A stretch of DNA of 64,000 bases from the human T2T-CHM13v2.0 reference genome, Homo sapiens, in assembly GCF_009914755.1 (NCBI RefSeq), contig NC_060938.1; one strand, written 5' to 3'. Below are positions 13,851-26,700 of the stretch, in pieces. The notes beneath the pieces are model-generated. The model was not told where the DNA came from, made no database searches, and worked only from the letters and a program-made list of their open reading frames with translations. Numbering within the stretch: position 1 is the stretch's first letter; every line of letters starts with the position of its first letter. Position numbers and translations under genes: made by a program.

Positions 13851-14869
13851 GTAAGTATAAGATTAAAAAATAAAATAATATTTTAAAGTAGATAACATGC
13901 TTTGGCATAATTGTCAGTGATGTTCGCAACATTCTTCCTGGTTTAGGCTGTATAAATGTGGTAATGCAAAGCATGATAAGAGAGAAAGAAATGAGGAAGA
14001 CACATGGTTTCCTCTACTTTGAGCAGTGGTAAAGGGCCAAACTTTAAATTTAGAACTAATTAGGCAAAACCATAGATATAGAAAAAGGGGGTTGTTCATA
14101 CTTTATTTTCTTTTCAGGAAACAGTGCTTTGGCAAACTTCATTCAGTATTAGGAAGAAGCCTACCAGCCCCTGGCTTTAGAGCTATCTGGCACCAATCCC
14201 TCATCTGTACAATGGTCCAGTAAATACTTTTTATATCCATCAGAAAAAAATGTGATATTAGGAAAGAATATTTCCAGTATTAATAAATGTCAAGTAATAA
14301 TTATTAGTTAATAAGTGACTACCACAGTGCCTGAAATATATAGTAGAGTCTTAATAAGTAACTATTAAACTGATAGATGAAAGCAAGCATTTTCTATAAC
14401 ACTGTAGGAAAATATTGTACTTTTGGTCATCGTCATCAATGATTTGTACTATTTTTAGATCTGTTCAAGAATAGATATACTTTAATATACTGTAGATTGT
14501 CTTTTTTGACATCTGGTAAAAATTAAAAAATTAAAAACTCACCAAAATTTCTCAGTGCTTGTTCTAAAAACAATTTTCTCAAAATTTGATTAAAGGAGGC
14601 AAAATAATATCTGAAAAGATATGTGAATACTGTAATAGGAATTATATACAGTATTCCACTAAAATCTCAGATCCACCCAAATTAAATGAACAACTATTAT
14701 CTGCAGAGCCTAGTATTATACGTGAAGTGTTACCATATAAATTACACTCTGAGCACCTCCAGCTTTTCTGCTATGCTGTGGCTAGATGACTAAAGATGAT
14801 TTCTTTTCAGAAAATGTAGGGGACAGCACAAAGATTGGTGCAGACTACCAATGTCATTAAAACAATATT

Positions 14870-15090
14870 ACCAGCTAACGTACAGTGAATGCCTCCCATG
14901 TGCTAGGAACTTTGCTTCATATGTCGTTTCATTTAACCCTCACAACAATCTTAGAAACTGGGTACTAACTTACACATGTGAAAACTGGAACTTAGAGAGG
15001 TGAAGAAACACCAATGGGCCCAGAGTGCTGTTGAGAGGCATTCGAATTGTCTCCAGAGCCCACGCTCTTAACCACAAGCCTGTACTGCCT
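14870..15090 (-). mobile_element. MIR in the GPR65 intron
   Basis: 'tttcatttaaccctcacaacaatc...tgtgaaaactggaacttagagaggtgaag...cccacgctcttaaccac'. Confidence 0.7.
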
Positions 15091-15449
15091 CTGCGTCACT
15101 ACAAAGAAGAGGGCCTCTGCTTCATCAACCCATCCTGTCTTGTGGTTAAGTCAAGGCAGGAAATGCTTTTACAGCTAGAGAAATGTATTCCATTGAAAAC
15201 TTTATAAACCTTTCTAAAAATCATTTTTTCATTTAATCTGTCATACCATTTTTAAAGAAAATGATGACTATCTATTGAGTAACACGGACAAAGGAGGAAG
15301 AGGCACATGCTGCCCATTACCCGACTTTCTCGGTCCTGGTCTTAAGGGGAGGATGTTTTCATGGTTCAGGTGTTCTTCCCAAGACACATGAGCCTGGTGT
15401 TGGACGTGTTGTGTGTGCATCAGAGTCCCATCCGCGGGGGCTGATTCAA

Positions 15450-16350
15450 TCTTCCTGCATCGCAGACATTACCCTAGTGTCCTTTTCCTACTTCAGTTAT
15501 ATCCTTTAGAAGTTTCTTTAGTGGGGATTTTGGATGTAAATGTTCTGAGTGGTAGTTTACCTGAAAATGTCCTAATTCTTGCTCTGGTCCTTGAAATTTA
15601 GTTCTGTTGAGTATATAATTATAGGATGACATATATTTTCTTAGCAATTTGGAACTTTTAATCTTCTGCTGTCTGTTATCGCTGTTGAGAAGTCTTTTGT
15701 CCGTCTAAATTCCATCCTTCATAGGTAGTCCATCTTTCCTCTCTGGCTCTTTTTTCCTTAGTCTTTGGTGAACTGCAATTTTATTGCAATGTGTCTAAGT
15801 ATAGGTTTCCATTTTTGTGTTTTTAATCCTATTTGGGATTTTCTAAGCTTCATAAATCTGCAGATTTCATGAGGATTGAAGATGCATGAGGATTCTTCAT
15901 CCATCCTCAAGATTCCTTCATCAGTTCTAGAAAGCTCATCATCTTTGTGAATATTGCCTTTTCAACATTCTCTCTTTTCGATCTTTATGGAATTCCAATT
16001 ATGTATATGCCACCCTTTTCACCTTTTCTCCATATCTCTTATATTTTCCCATGTCCTTAACATGCTGATAATTTTGTGTTATTTCTTTATCTCTATCTTG
16101 CAATATACAAATTTTCTCTTCAGCTGGATCTAATCAGTTGGTTACTCCCTGTGTTTATTTTTAAATTTAAATTATTATTATTTTTATTTTTAGAAAGTCT
16201 TTTTCAATCTTTCTAAAAATATGGCTTGTCATTTTTTAATCTCTTCCTCCTTACTCATGTGTTTAAATCCCTTCTTTTGTTTCTTTAAACATATTAAACA
16301 TATTTTGTGTTTTTTATATATATATATATAAATTTTATCTCTAAAGTTTT
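15450..16350 (-). mobile_element. Old L1M fragment
   Basis: T-rich antisense-L1-like sequence; boundaries approximate. Confidence 0.5.
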
Positions 16351-16412
16351 GTGGATCTGGTTTACTTTGTTGTTTCTGCTCAATCTGACACGTAGTTGCT
16401 TATTATTCTCTC

Positions 16413-16415
16413 TGT

Positions 16416-16450
<35 letters not shown>
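16413..16450. repeat. (TG)n microsatellite
   Basis: About 19 TG units with one interruption. Confidence 0.95.
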
Positions 16451-16453
<3 letters not shown>

Positions 16454-16784
16454 AAGGTCATATTTGTTAGAACTCTATCTGTAGGATTCTTTGAGGCCTG
16501 AGTTAAAGAGGACTTGTTCAAGGGGGGATCTGTGTCAACTTCTTCCAGGAGCCTAGAATTTATTTTTTCATATATAGTTAACCTTTATTTTTGGTGAAGT
16601 TATTTTCATAATTAGGTAAATTATTTATTTATTGTTTTCTCTCAATTACATTTTATGTATGAGGATAGAAATAAGATCAGATTTCTTAAAAAGGCATATA
16701 TGTTCCATCTGTGGGTAAAACAGATGTTTGTTTGTCAAGATGCTCTACATGCCATCTCACACAGCCTTTTGATTCCACTTTTTA

Positions 16785-17495
16785 ATGTTTCCATTGCAAT
16801 ACAATACACATGCAGCAAAATGCACATATCCTAAGTGTACAGCTTGATGCATTTCTACAAACTGAGCATGCTCATGGAACCAGCCACCCCTACCAAGAGA
16901 TAGAACATTGCCAAATCTCAGAAGTCCTCCTCATGCCCTCTTCCAACAGTACTCAGCCTTTCCCCAGAGGTAGCCACTACCCAGACTCCTAACATCATAG
17001 ATTAACTTTGCCTGGTTTGTATCAGATAATACATACTCTTTTGTGTCTTTTTTTTTATCACTCAGAATTACATTTGTGATCTTCAACCATGCGATTGCAT
17101 GTAGCAATAATTTATTCATCTTCATTGAGGTGTAGATTTCAGTGGTGTTACTATATCCCAATTTACTCATCTATTATACTGCTAGTGGGCATTCTAGTTA
17201 AGGGATATTACAAGTAGTGTTACTGTGAATATTCTAATTCTAGTACCTGTCTTTTGGTTAACATATGTATGCGTTTATGTTGAACAAATACCTAGAGGTG
17301 GAATTGCTGGATCATATGGCATGCATAAGTGCCTAGTGTTTTTTTACTCAACAGCATATGAGTCAAGATGTTCTATTTCCTTCCTAACACTTGATATTTT
17401 GTCTTATTTTCATTTCATTTGTTGTGTTGGGTGTGTAGTGGTATATCATTTTAATTTTAGCTTGAATTCCTCTGATGACTAATGAAGTTGAGCAT
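16785..17495 (-). mobile_element. L1ME-type 3' end
   Basis: 'aaatgcacatatcctaagtgtacagcttgatg...atacctagaggtggaattgctggatcatatgg...gatgactaatgaagttgagcat'. Confidence 0.75.
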
Positions 17496-19016
17496 GTAGG
17501 TTGGCCTGAAGTTTGCAGGATCAAACTAATAATGTAGACCCAGACCTAGTTTCCAAGTGAGGACCCCACAGGCCACAACTACTTAGGGTAGAATTTTTTA
17601 TTGTAACTCCTCACAGAAACCAAGCAGAGGCAGGGAAATTGCCATCTTTTCTCTACTGTCTGCAAATGTCTGTGGAATTTATTTTATTTTGTTTATTTTC
17701 TAGTTCACCCTTTCCCTGACAGCAGAGGTTCTGGATCCCATGTGTTTGGGATGGTCAAGGACCCCTTCTTACCTGCATAGGCCCAAGTTTTGTCTCTAGT
17801 TTCTCTGATCCCTAGTGAGTTCCTCCAGATCTACATATGTCTTCAGGCCATCCAGAGCTCCGGCGCTCACTCACCTCCCTGATAACAGCTCCCACCTCCT
17901 TTCTTCCATCACAAATTTTCCCCCCCTTTGGAAGCTTCCCTATTTATTTAAAAGGCTGTTTTTCACATTTTATTCCTGTTTTTTAGGTTGATAAAGCTAA
18001 AAGTTTTCAGGAGTTTTAGTTACCTGTTTAAGAGTGAAATATGATATATTTTCCCATATGATTTACTCTGCTAGTAGAATTCTTGTGACTTGTGATGGCA
18101 GGTCTTTTTGTGCTCAGGATTCATCAACAGTTGGGAGGGAGTGATTCTGGTGCCCTGAATAGTGTTTCTAGAAAGCTTTCTGTGAAGGTATTCACCATGT
18201 AAATGATCTCAGCCACCAGTAGGCCTCAGCAGCAAAGGGATATAGACAAAGTATTTCTCTACTCCAGTATGGAGAGAAGGATGGAACCTTTACTCTTATG
18301 TGAATCTATGACATCATAGCTTTAAAAAGACACTAACCTCTTAAACCATCAGATATAAAGGTGGAAATTAATGATTCCAAGATTTTACCCAGAATAAGAA
18401 CATTCTGTCCTCTCATTTATAAAAGTATAAGAAAAATAAAGTGAGTTAGTCGACAAAGGAAATAAAAAGATAAACAGAAGTAGGATTGTCTAATTATATG
18501 CTAAGGCTTAACAAACTGCTACATTTTAAAATTCTAAAACTTTATTGTATTTCTATTATAGTATTTCTTTGGATAATAAGGTGATTTTTGAAAGTGCCGT
18601 ACACCTAGATTGAATATGAAATTAGAAATTTGAAATCACATAACCATACAGTTGATCACACATGCAAAAGTATTTACCAATCACAGACAAATAACAGAAT
18701 TTTTTATCTTTAGCTGCTGAAATGACTTTTTAAATTGAGTTTTGTGTTCTTGGGTTATATCCATTGAGAAATATAATTCGCTCTAATCTAACATGCCTCA
18801 GGTAGTTCTTATTTGATATAAGTAAAATGTCTTGACTTGATTTTATTTACTGAAGTCAATAAGATAATTTTCCCATTTTAAACACCTTCACTGTAACTTA
18901 ATGCATTTTCAATATCTTCAATACATGAAACAAAAAGGGATTATTTCAAAATCCTGATTGTAATGAAGTCATGCATCTTAAACATCTAAACAATTTTAAT
19001 TCATCTTTCATTACAG

Positions 19017-19475
19017 AAGGAAAGGAATTTTAAAAGGAAATACCAATCTCTGTGCAAACAAAGCCTTGTATATTCATGTTTGCACCAATCTACTGTGAGA
19101 TTTATGAAGAAAAACAAATTGCGGACAACTCTCTATGTACACTTACAAATGCCTCAGTTGATGCTTGTGGGCTGTTTGTCAGCGTTCTGTGATAATGAAC
19201 ACATGGACTTCTGTTTATTAAATTCAGTTGACCCCTTTAGCCAATTGCCAGGAGCCTGGATTTTTACTTCCAACTGCTGATATCTGTGTAAAAATTGATC
19301 TACATCCACCCTTTAAAAGCATTGATGAATTAATTAGAACTTTAGACAACAAAGAAAAATTGAAAAAGAATTCTCAGTAAAAGCGAATTCGATGTTCAAA
19401 ACAAACTACAAAGAGACAAGACTTCTCTGTTTACTTTCTAAGAACTAATATAATTGCTACCTTAAAAAGGAAAAA
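19017..19475 (+). other. GPR65: GPR65 exon 2 5'UTR
   Basis: Acceptor 'ttcatctttcattacAG|' ending at 19016, with a tandem NAGNAG alternative at 19019. Confidence 0.7.
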
Positions 19476-20489
19476 ATGAACAGCACATGTATTGAAGAAC
19501 AGCATGACCTGGATCACTATTTGTTTCCCATTGTTTACATCTTTGTGATTATAGTCAGCATTCCAGCCAATATTGGATCTCTGTGTGTGTCTTTCCTGCA
19601 AGCAAAGAAGGAAAGTGAACTAGGAATTTACCTCTTCAGTTTGTCACTATCAGATTTACTCTATGCATTAACTCTCCCTTTATGGATTGATTATACCTGG
19701 AATAAAGACAACTGGACTTTCTCTCCTGCCTTGTGCAAAGGGAGTGCTTTTCTCATGTACATGAATTTTTACAGCAGCACAGCATTCCTCACCTGCATTG
19801 CCGTTGATCGGTATTTGGCTGTTGTCTACCCTTTGAAGTTTTTTTTCCTAAGGACAAGAAGATTTGCACTCATGGTCAGCCTGTCCATCTGGATATTGGA
19901 AACCATCTTCAATGCTGTCATGTTGTGGGAAGATGAAACAGTTGTTGAATATTGCGATGCCGAAAAGTCTAATTTTACTTTATGCTATGACAAATACCCT
20001 TTAGAGAAATGGCAAATCAACCTCAACTTGTTCAGGACGTGTACAGGCTATGCAATACCTTTGGTCACCATCCTGATCTGCAACCGGAAAGTCTACCAAG
20101 CTGTGCGGCACAATAAAGCCACGGAAAACAAGGAAAAGAAGAGAATCATAAAACTACTTGTCAGCATCACAGTTACTTTTGTCTTATGCTTTACTCCCTT
20201 TCATGTGATGTTGCTGATTCGCTGCATTTTAGAGCATGCTGTGAACTTCGAAGACCACAGCAATTCTGGGAAGCGAACTTACACAATGTATAGAATCACG
20301 GTTGCATTAACAAGTTTAAATTGTGTTGCTGATCCAATTCTGTACTGTTTTGTAACCGAAACAGGAAGATATGATATGTGGAATATATTAAAATTCTGCA
20401 CTGGGAGGTGTAATACATCACAAAGACAAAGAAAACGCATACTTTCTGTGTCTACAAAAGATACTATGGAATTAGAGGTCCTTGAGTAG
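19476..20489 (+). CDS. GPR65: G protein-coupled receptor 65 (TDAG8; proton-sensing class A GPCR), intronless CDS, 337 aa
   Basis: [18 protein letters not shown]... recognised; seven hydrophobic segments, DRY at 111-113, DPILY in TM7, N-terminal His10/His14. Confidence 0.99.
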   Translation: MNSTCIEEQHDLDHYLFPIVYIFVIIVSIPANIGSLCVSFLQAKKESELGIYLFSLSLSDLLYALTLPLWIDYTWNKDNWTFSPALCKGSAFLMYMNFYSSTAFLTCIAVDRYLAVVYPLKFFFLRTRRFALMVSLSIWILETIFNAVMLWEDETVVEYCDAEKSNFTLCYDKYPLEKWQINLNLFRTCTGYAIPLVTILICNRKVYQAVRHNKATENKEKKRIIKLLVSITVTFVLCFTPFHVMLLIRCILEHAVNFEDHSNSGKRTYTMYRITVALTSLNCVADPILYCFVTETGRYDMWNILKFCTGRCNTSQRQRKRILSVSTKDTMELEVLE

Positions 20490-20619
20490 AACCAAGGATG
20501 TTTTGAAGGGAAGGGAAGTTTAAGTTATGCATTATTATATCATCAAGATTACATTTTGAAAAGGAAATCTAGCATGTGAGGGGACTAAGTGTTCTCAGAG
20601 TGATGTTTTAATCCAGTCC

Positions 20620-20625
20620 AATAAA
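20620..20625 (+). terminator. Candidate proximal polyadenylation signal of GPR65
   Basis: AATAAA about 130 nt after the stop; ATTAAA variants at about 20668 and 20682. Confidence 0.5.
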
Positions 20626-20969
20626 AATATCTTAAAACTGCATTGTACAGCTCCCTCCCTGCGTTTTATTAAATGATGTATATTAAACAAAGATCAATAT
20701 TTTCTTAATGACTCAGGGTCTTTATTGTTAATGCCAATTGTTTTTGTATCTGTGCTATAATCCCTTAGAGTCAGTAAAGTATGTAGGGGACTGTTTCTTC
20801 CTTTGTGTCTGGGTTTATGATTTTTCTCACTCTTTCTTTGGACTCCAGGGTGTCAGCCATCAGGTCTCCTAATTTTGTGTACCGGTCTCCAACAACCCCA
20901 GCTACTGAATACTGCTTCTAATCTCCTCATTCATTAACAAATCTTTATTTTTTTATCTTGTATAAAATA

Positions 20970-21362
20970 ACTGCTTTATTGACACAAAATTTACATAACT
21001 TAAAATTCAACTTTGTATTGTGTACAATTCAGTGATTTTTTGTATATTCACAGAGCTGTGCAACCATCACCACACTCAAAAAATTTTCATCACCCACCAA
21101 AGAAATCTTATACTCTTAGCAGTCGCTCCCTGCTCTCCCGTCCATGCCAGTTATTAATTTACTTTCTGTCTCTAAGGATTTTCATTACTCTGAACATTTC
21201 ATATAAATAGAATTATACAATATGTGGCCTACTGTGACGTATTTCACTTAGTATAATGGTTTCAAGTTTTATCCATGTGTAGAATGTATCAGCACTTCAT
21301 TTCTTTTTATGGCCTGATAGTATTCTGTTGCATGGTTATACTCCATTTTGTTTATCTAATCA
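20970..21362 (-). mobile_element. L1MB-type 3' end in the GPR65 3'UTR
   Basis: 'ctttattgacac...gtgtacaattcagtgattttttgtatattcacagagctgtgcaaccatcaccac'. Confidence 0.8.
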
Positions 21363-21675
21363 CTTGGCTTCATTAACAAATATTTATTGAATCCATTCCA
21401 TAAACTAGGTTTTGAGTTAAGTACTGGGGCTATGAAAGAAATGGTCTCATGAAGCCTCACGAAGTTTACATTAGTTCAAAAGCCTAGTCACCGAGCTTGA
21501 AAGATTTCTATATAAAGGAAAAGGAAATAGGCTCTGAGTTTTATTTTGATCTCTTTTTAATTTATAACTGGGTATAACATAGCTGAAATTACCAGAAGTT
21601 TAATGCATAGACAAATAAATAGTTCTATTATATCTTTCTTTTTGGACTTAGAATGTTAGAATATTTTGAGAGTTC

Positions 21676-21977
<302 letters not shown>

Positions 21978-22212
21978 AAAGAGAGTCTTGATACAACATA
22001 TTCTTTTGAATCCTCATTGTGTAAATTGCCTCGTTGTAAATAGACACTCAGTAAACATTTTCCTCACCAAAATATTTTTAAGGATTTTTCTACCCTTCTC
22101 CTTTTCTCTTTGCTTTCCTTTTCTTGCCTGTTCTTTCCACTCCCCCCAAAATGATCAGATAGCAAATGTCTTGATAACATGAGGTGCCCTCACATTAAAA
22201 AACAAAATATTG

Positions 22213-22403
22213 AGCCGGGCGCGGTGGCTCATGCCTGTAATCCCAGCACTTTGGGAGGCTGAGGTGGGCAGATCGCCTTAGGTCAGGAGTTGGAGACCAG
22301 GCTGACCAATATGATGAAACTCTGTCTCTACTAAAAATTCAAAAATGTGCCAGACCTGGCCTGGTGGCATGTGCCTGTAATCCCAGCTACTTGGGAGGCT
22401 GAG
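22213..22403 (+). mobile_element. AluS, 3'-truncated
   Basis: 'gccgggcgcggtggctcatgcctgtaatcccagcactttgggaggctgagg...' stops within the right arm. Confidence 0.93.
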
Positions 22404-22551
22404 TCATAAGCCTGCAATGGGAAAATGGATCGAATCTGGGGTGAGGGGGAAGTGATGTGGGGGTTATGGTACCTCTTTTCTCTTCCAAAGATGCTGTTCT
22501 TACTGCATCACTTGTGGCTGGCCAGGAAAAGCCATGCAGGAGTTTTGTTTG

Positions 22552-22570
22552 TGGCCACTAGGTGACGATC
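22552..22570 (+). promoter_or_regulatory. Putative CTCF site
   Basis: TGGCCACTAGGTGACGATC is a close match to the CCASYAGRKGGCR core. Confidence 0.55.
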
Positions 22571-23387
22571 GTGTTCTGTACGGGACCTCTTATTAATAGT
22601 TCACCACTAGCCGCCACTCCAGAAGAGCGGAGGAACCCAGGATAATATTTTGTCAACCAAGAAACAAGAAGTCCCTCCCAGGAACTGGAAATGAATGGGG
22701 AAAATGCTGAAATCTCATTTGCACTATTCATTTCTCTTCTCTCTGGAAAGCTCGGCAATCATCAGGTCATTTCATTTGGCTTAAATTCCATGTGTCTTTC
22801 CAAACTTTTAAAAGCTGGTGAAAATTGTTCCACCCATATGTAAAAGAACATAGGTTAAGTTGTCTAATTCTTGCAGGAATGTGGATATAGCATTAAAAAT
22901 ATGTCTTTGTATACTTATCTTACCCATGTAAGAAAAGAGTGGCCAACTTTCATATAAATAGAAAGAGAACATTTAAGCTATATGCAGTTTGCATTTTTGT
23001 CTACTATTATGAAATTATTATCTATGAAATTCAAGCTGTAACTCAACATATGTATAATTTTAATTTCTAATTTATTGTTAGATCTCAGCACTTAAAAAAT
23101 TACATCTTGTATTTGAATTGTTAAATCTGTTCCCTGCAAAGAACAGTAATACAATCATGTTCTAATTTACTAGCATTTGCATATTTTAGAAATATAATGG
23201 CCTGTAATTTACTTTTCTTTTGCCTATAATTTTCTGAAGCTCTTTATGATGCACCGGTGCATTTTTATTTAAAAAATAGATTGTGACTCCTCAAATAATG
23301 TTACAATTCGATGTTCAAAAAGCAATCCAGGTACATAGCCATAAAGGGATGAGCTAGAGAGGTCTCCATATTATCATTCAATGTGAG

Positions 23388-23419
23388 AATAAAAATTCTA
23401 TATTTTATTCTAGAATAAA
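23388..23419 (+). terminator. Candidate distal polyadenylation signals of GPR65
   Basis: Tandem AATAAA at 23388 and 23414 followed by GT-rich 'atgtgtgttc'. Confidence 0.65.
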
Positions 23420-24538
23420 ATTATAAATTTCTTTATCTAGGAAATGTGTGTTCATTGAACTTCAAATCTAACACAAGCAAGAAAGCTTACCCTGCAATGA
23501 CTTGATTTGCCAATACTGTTAAAAATATTAACTTTAGTTCTCAGCATTTCATTGAAAGCTGTTAGATATTTGCTTGAGCTTGTAAGCATCCTTCTAAAAG
23601 AATTATTTTCAGAATTACTCTAAAATTTCTGGTATTGCCTCCAAGACTGTTGACACTAACAAAAAATTTAACTTGGAAACCTCGATTGAAAATTTAGAAA
23701 CAATTCTTGTTCTGATCTCCAGAAAGGACAATTTTAAGGGTATTCTCACTGGTAATCACAATTGTTTGTTGGATAAATAAATAATAAGTTAATTAATCAA
23801 ACAAACTAAAAATGCTGCAGTTTTACAGTTTGTCCTAACCTCAGGATTCAGTTCCTAAAACCTTTAGGGCTATTTGTATTCCTGGTGGAAAATTTTAAGA
23901 TTATATGGGAAAGTAAGGTTAAAGAGAAAGAGTCTCCCTTTAGGAAAGCTGTTATTAATAATTTTTACATTTGCTGAACTAAAATAGTAGGAACAAACAT
24001 TAGCAAATGACATTTTATTCATCTTAAATTAGTAGTAACAAGAATTGTCATGTTAATTTCCAGCTATCATTCCTTGCTCATGAGAAATGTTTTTAGGATA
24101 TCCCTTCCTTAAATTTTTAGTAAGCTGTTCATCAGTTGACTTACTTTTGTTGCAGACTACACAGTGGCATGAATCTCTGTTCATGGAATCAGTGCTGCGA
24201 GAAAACATTGTTACATTTTCTTTATCAGCTTAATTGTAAATCCCAGCCCACATACCACCAAGCTATAGGAAATTCCATCTCAGGCATTATGGGATTGTCT
24301 TCCCCTTTTTGGTTTACACCAGAATCGGGAGGTTTACATGATGCTAAGAAAATGAAAGGGGTCTTTGATTTATAGTCACCAGTGATGGTAATATTGCCTA
24401 ACCTTTTAGTGGTTGCTTGATTCCTTTACGGCCTCCCTGAATCTCTTGGGGCACAGGGCAGGACCTGATAGGAGCCAGTTAATGGCCCAGATTCTTGTGC
24501 ATCAGGTAGAGTTTCCTTCAAAATGTCGTATATCCTCA

Positions 24539-25461
24539 TGCGAACTAAAAATAAAATCCTAAAATTCTAAGCCCCCCAACTGACTGAAAAGACCCCTCTT
24601 GGCTGGGGGACCCCAGAGAAACCTTAAAAACTGAGTTCCTAGCCATGACAGAATGGGAGCTTGTACACACCTCATTGCACCCACTCTGTTTTACAACTTA
24701 GACACAACAACTGACCAGTGTTAATGTTAAAATGGAGATCATAAGACTGACAAAATGGACTCTTTATGGCTATAAGATACTAAATTGTAAACAAGACCTA
24801 AGGTCACGCCAAGCAAGAGTTAAGTCACATACCCCCGTACTTAAAGAATAAACTATGTTCCACCTGCCACAAGATTTTTCTTTTTCTCTAGCAGCTAAAC
24901 AAGCACTGGCCTCGAGATAAGAAATATTGAAACAATTACAGCTCACCAATTGCCAGATGCAGCCTGATTTCACCCCTCTGTTCCACAAGCCATCACTACA
25001 GCTCTGATGTGACAAGAGGTTGATTTTGGTAACTTTCTCTTGATGAAAGACCACCAACCATGGACTGGTTCTGGCTGGTTTACAGAGGCTGCGCACTTGA
25101 ATGCCTCTGTGTCTCTGCTTCACCTTTTGACATACAAGGCCTAATTGTAATGCATTTATATGTTAAGTCTCCACACAAAAGTGAACATGCAACATGCATG
25201 TTTATTCAGTGCACACGCGTTAGGACACCCTTCATGAATATTTATAGCTACTCTTATAACCTGCTAAATATTTATACTTGGCTAACCTGTTCAGCATAAA
25301 TCCCTGTTCCATCCTCCCCTCCCTCAATGTACCTGCCTTCTGGCTTCTACCAGAGGCTACGTTTCCCAGCCTGTCAAAATGACCACTCTGCAGGCTGTAA
25401 CCCTTTATGAGAAATCAACTCTCCATTCTAAATGTAACATCTCATAATGTTTCAGCTGACA
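24539..25461 (+). mobile_element. MER4-family ERV1 solo LTR
   Basis: Start 'tg..aactaaaaataaaatcctaaaattctaagccccccaactgactgaa...ggggaccccagagaaaccttaaaaactgagttcc'; end 'ttcagctgaca'. Confidence 0.8.
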
Positions 25462-25529
25462 CTTCAGAGCTGCCTCTTTTTAGGAATGCCTGACATCCAG
25501 ACCTACATGGTTCTTGGCTTTAGCAATGG

Positions 25530-26700
25530 AGCACGTAGTACCTAAATAAGTCAATCAAAGCCACAGTGATTGGTTCAGTGGTGGGCATGTGACCGAACTT
25601 GCTTAGATTCTGGGACAAAGACTCTTTCTTTTAATCTGGATGTGGTGGTATGTGAATGAGATGCCTGGAATCCTTGTGGCCATTTTGTTAACATGAAATA
25701 GCCAATGCATGGGAAAAAGGAGAGCTCAGGGAATCACACAACACTGGAGCTGTGTCCTAAAGATACAGAGAGTCTTGAATATTGCAGGTACATGAACCAA
25801 ATACACTTCCTTATTATTTTAATGTGAATCTGGTATTTTTGTTCCTTGAATCCTGAAGGATCCTAATGGAATTTGGAACATGGAAGTGAGGGTGATGTTA
25901 CAGACTCCAGACTGTTGAATAGGCAGAGCTGAAGAGCTGCAGTGGAGAAGGCAATGCCAAGATAGAGCTAGCTTGTGATGTTAGTAACCCATGTTAAGTG
26001 GTAGCAAAATCTCTGGTTAAACTATTTCCTGCTATATCCCGAGACTCAGATAATGTCCACCAAGGGTCTGGAATCAAGACTTTGGAAGGAAAAATTCAAA
26101 ATGTTGGTGGTTTTTGGCTTCCTCTTATAGCTTTCAATAAACTGCCACAAAAGACAGATAAAATAATACAATTTTTTGAGAGCTTTTCTGTTAAATTTTT
26201 CAAATCCAGAAAACACTGCTGCCCTGTGGGGCCTACACACAGAAACAGTGTGTTTTATGCTTCAGGAAAAGGGTAAACTTTAGCTAGAAAAAGCAAGTCA
26301 GCATTGTTTGTGAGTCACTAGTGAGTGGAGTCTCAAAAGCCAGACACTATGGGGAAATAAAAGAACTTTTTAAACCTCTTAGGCTCCCATCTCATATCAA
26401 GAAGTAGGCCTGGCTGACTTAAAATTGGAGTTTTCTCTATGCCAGGGGGTAGTGAGAACCAATCATGATGTAAACGAAGCTTCTATTATTCAGGGAAATG
26501 AAAAAGCCTGGGCTCCTGACCGCAGTGGTCTAAGGGGAGGAGGCAAAGAAGAGTTAAAATGAGGATGTCGGAGACAAATGTTGATCCTCATGGCCTGAGA
26601 TCAATAGAATTTCCAGAGTTGCCAGGATGGTCAATGCCAATAGTCTGCTTTTCCTGAAGATAGCTGCAAGCCTCTGGGGAAAACTCCATATTCAGCCTTA
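25530..26700 (+). mobile_element. Decayed MLT1 LTR plus internal sequence
   Basis: 'gccacagtgattggttcagtggtgggcatgtgacc' MLT1-type motif followed by MaLR-internal-like sequence; boundaries approximate. Confidence 0.45.

Noticed and set aside
13537-13974. 145-aa minus-strand ORF antisense to GPR65 exon 1
   Set aside because: Composition reflects AT-rich DNA and there is no homology or supporting transcript signal
19080-19475. N-terminal extension of GPR65 from the in-frame upstream ORF
   Set aside because: In-frame stops at 19278-19280 and further downstream
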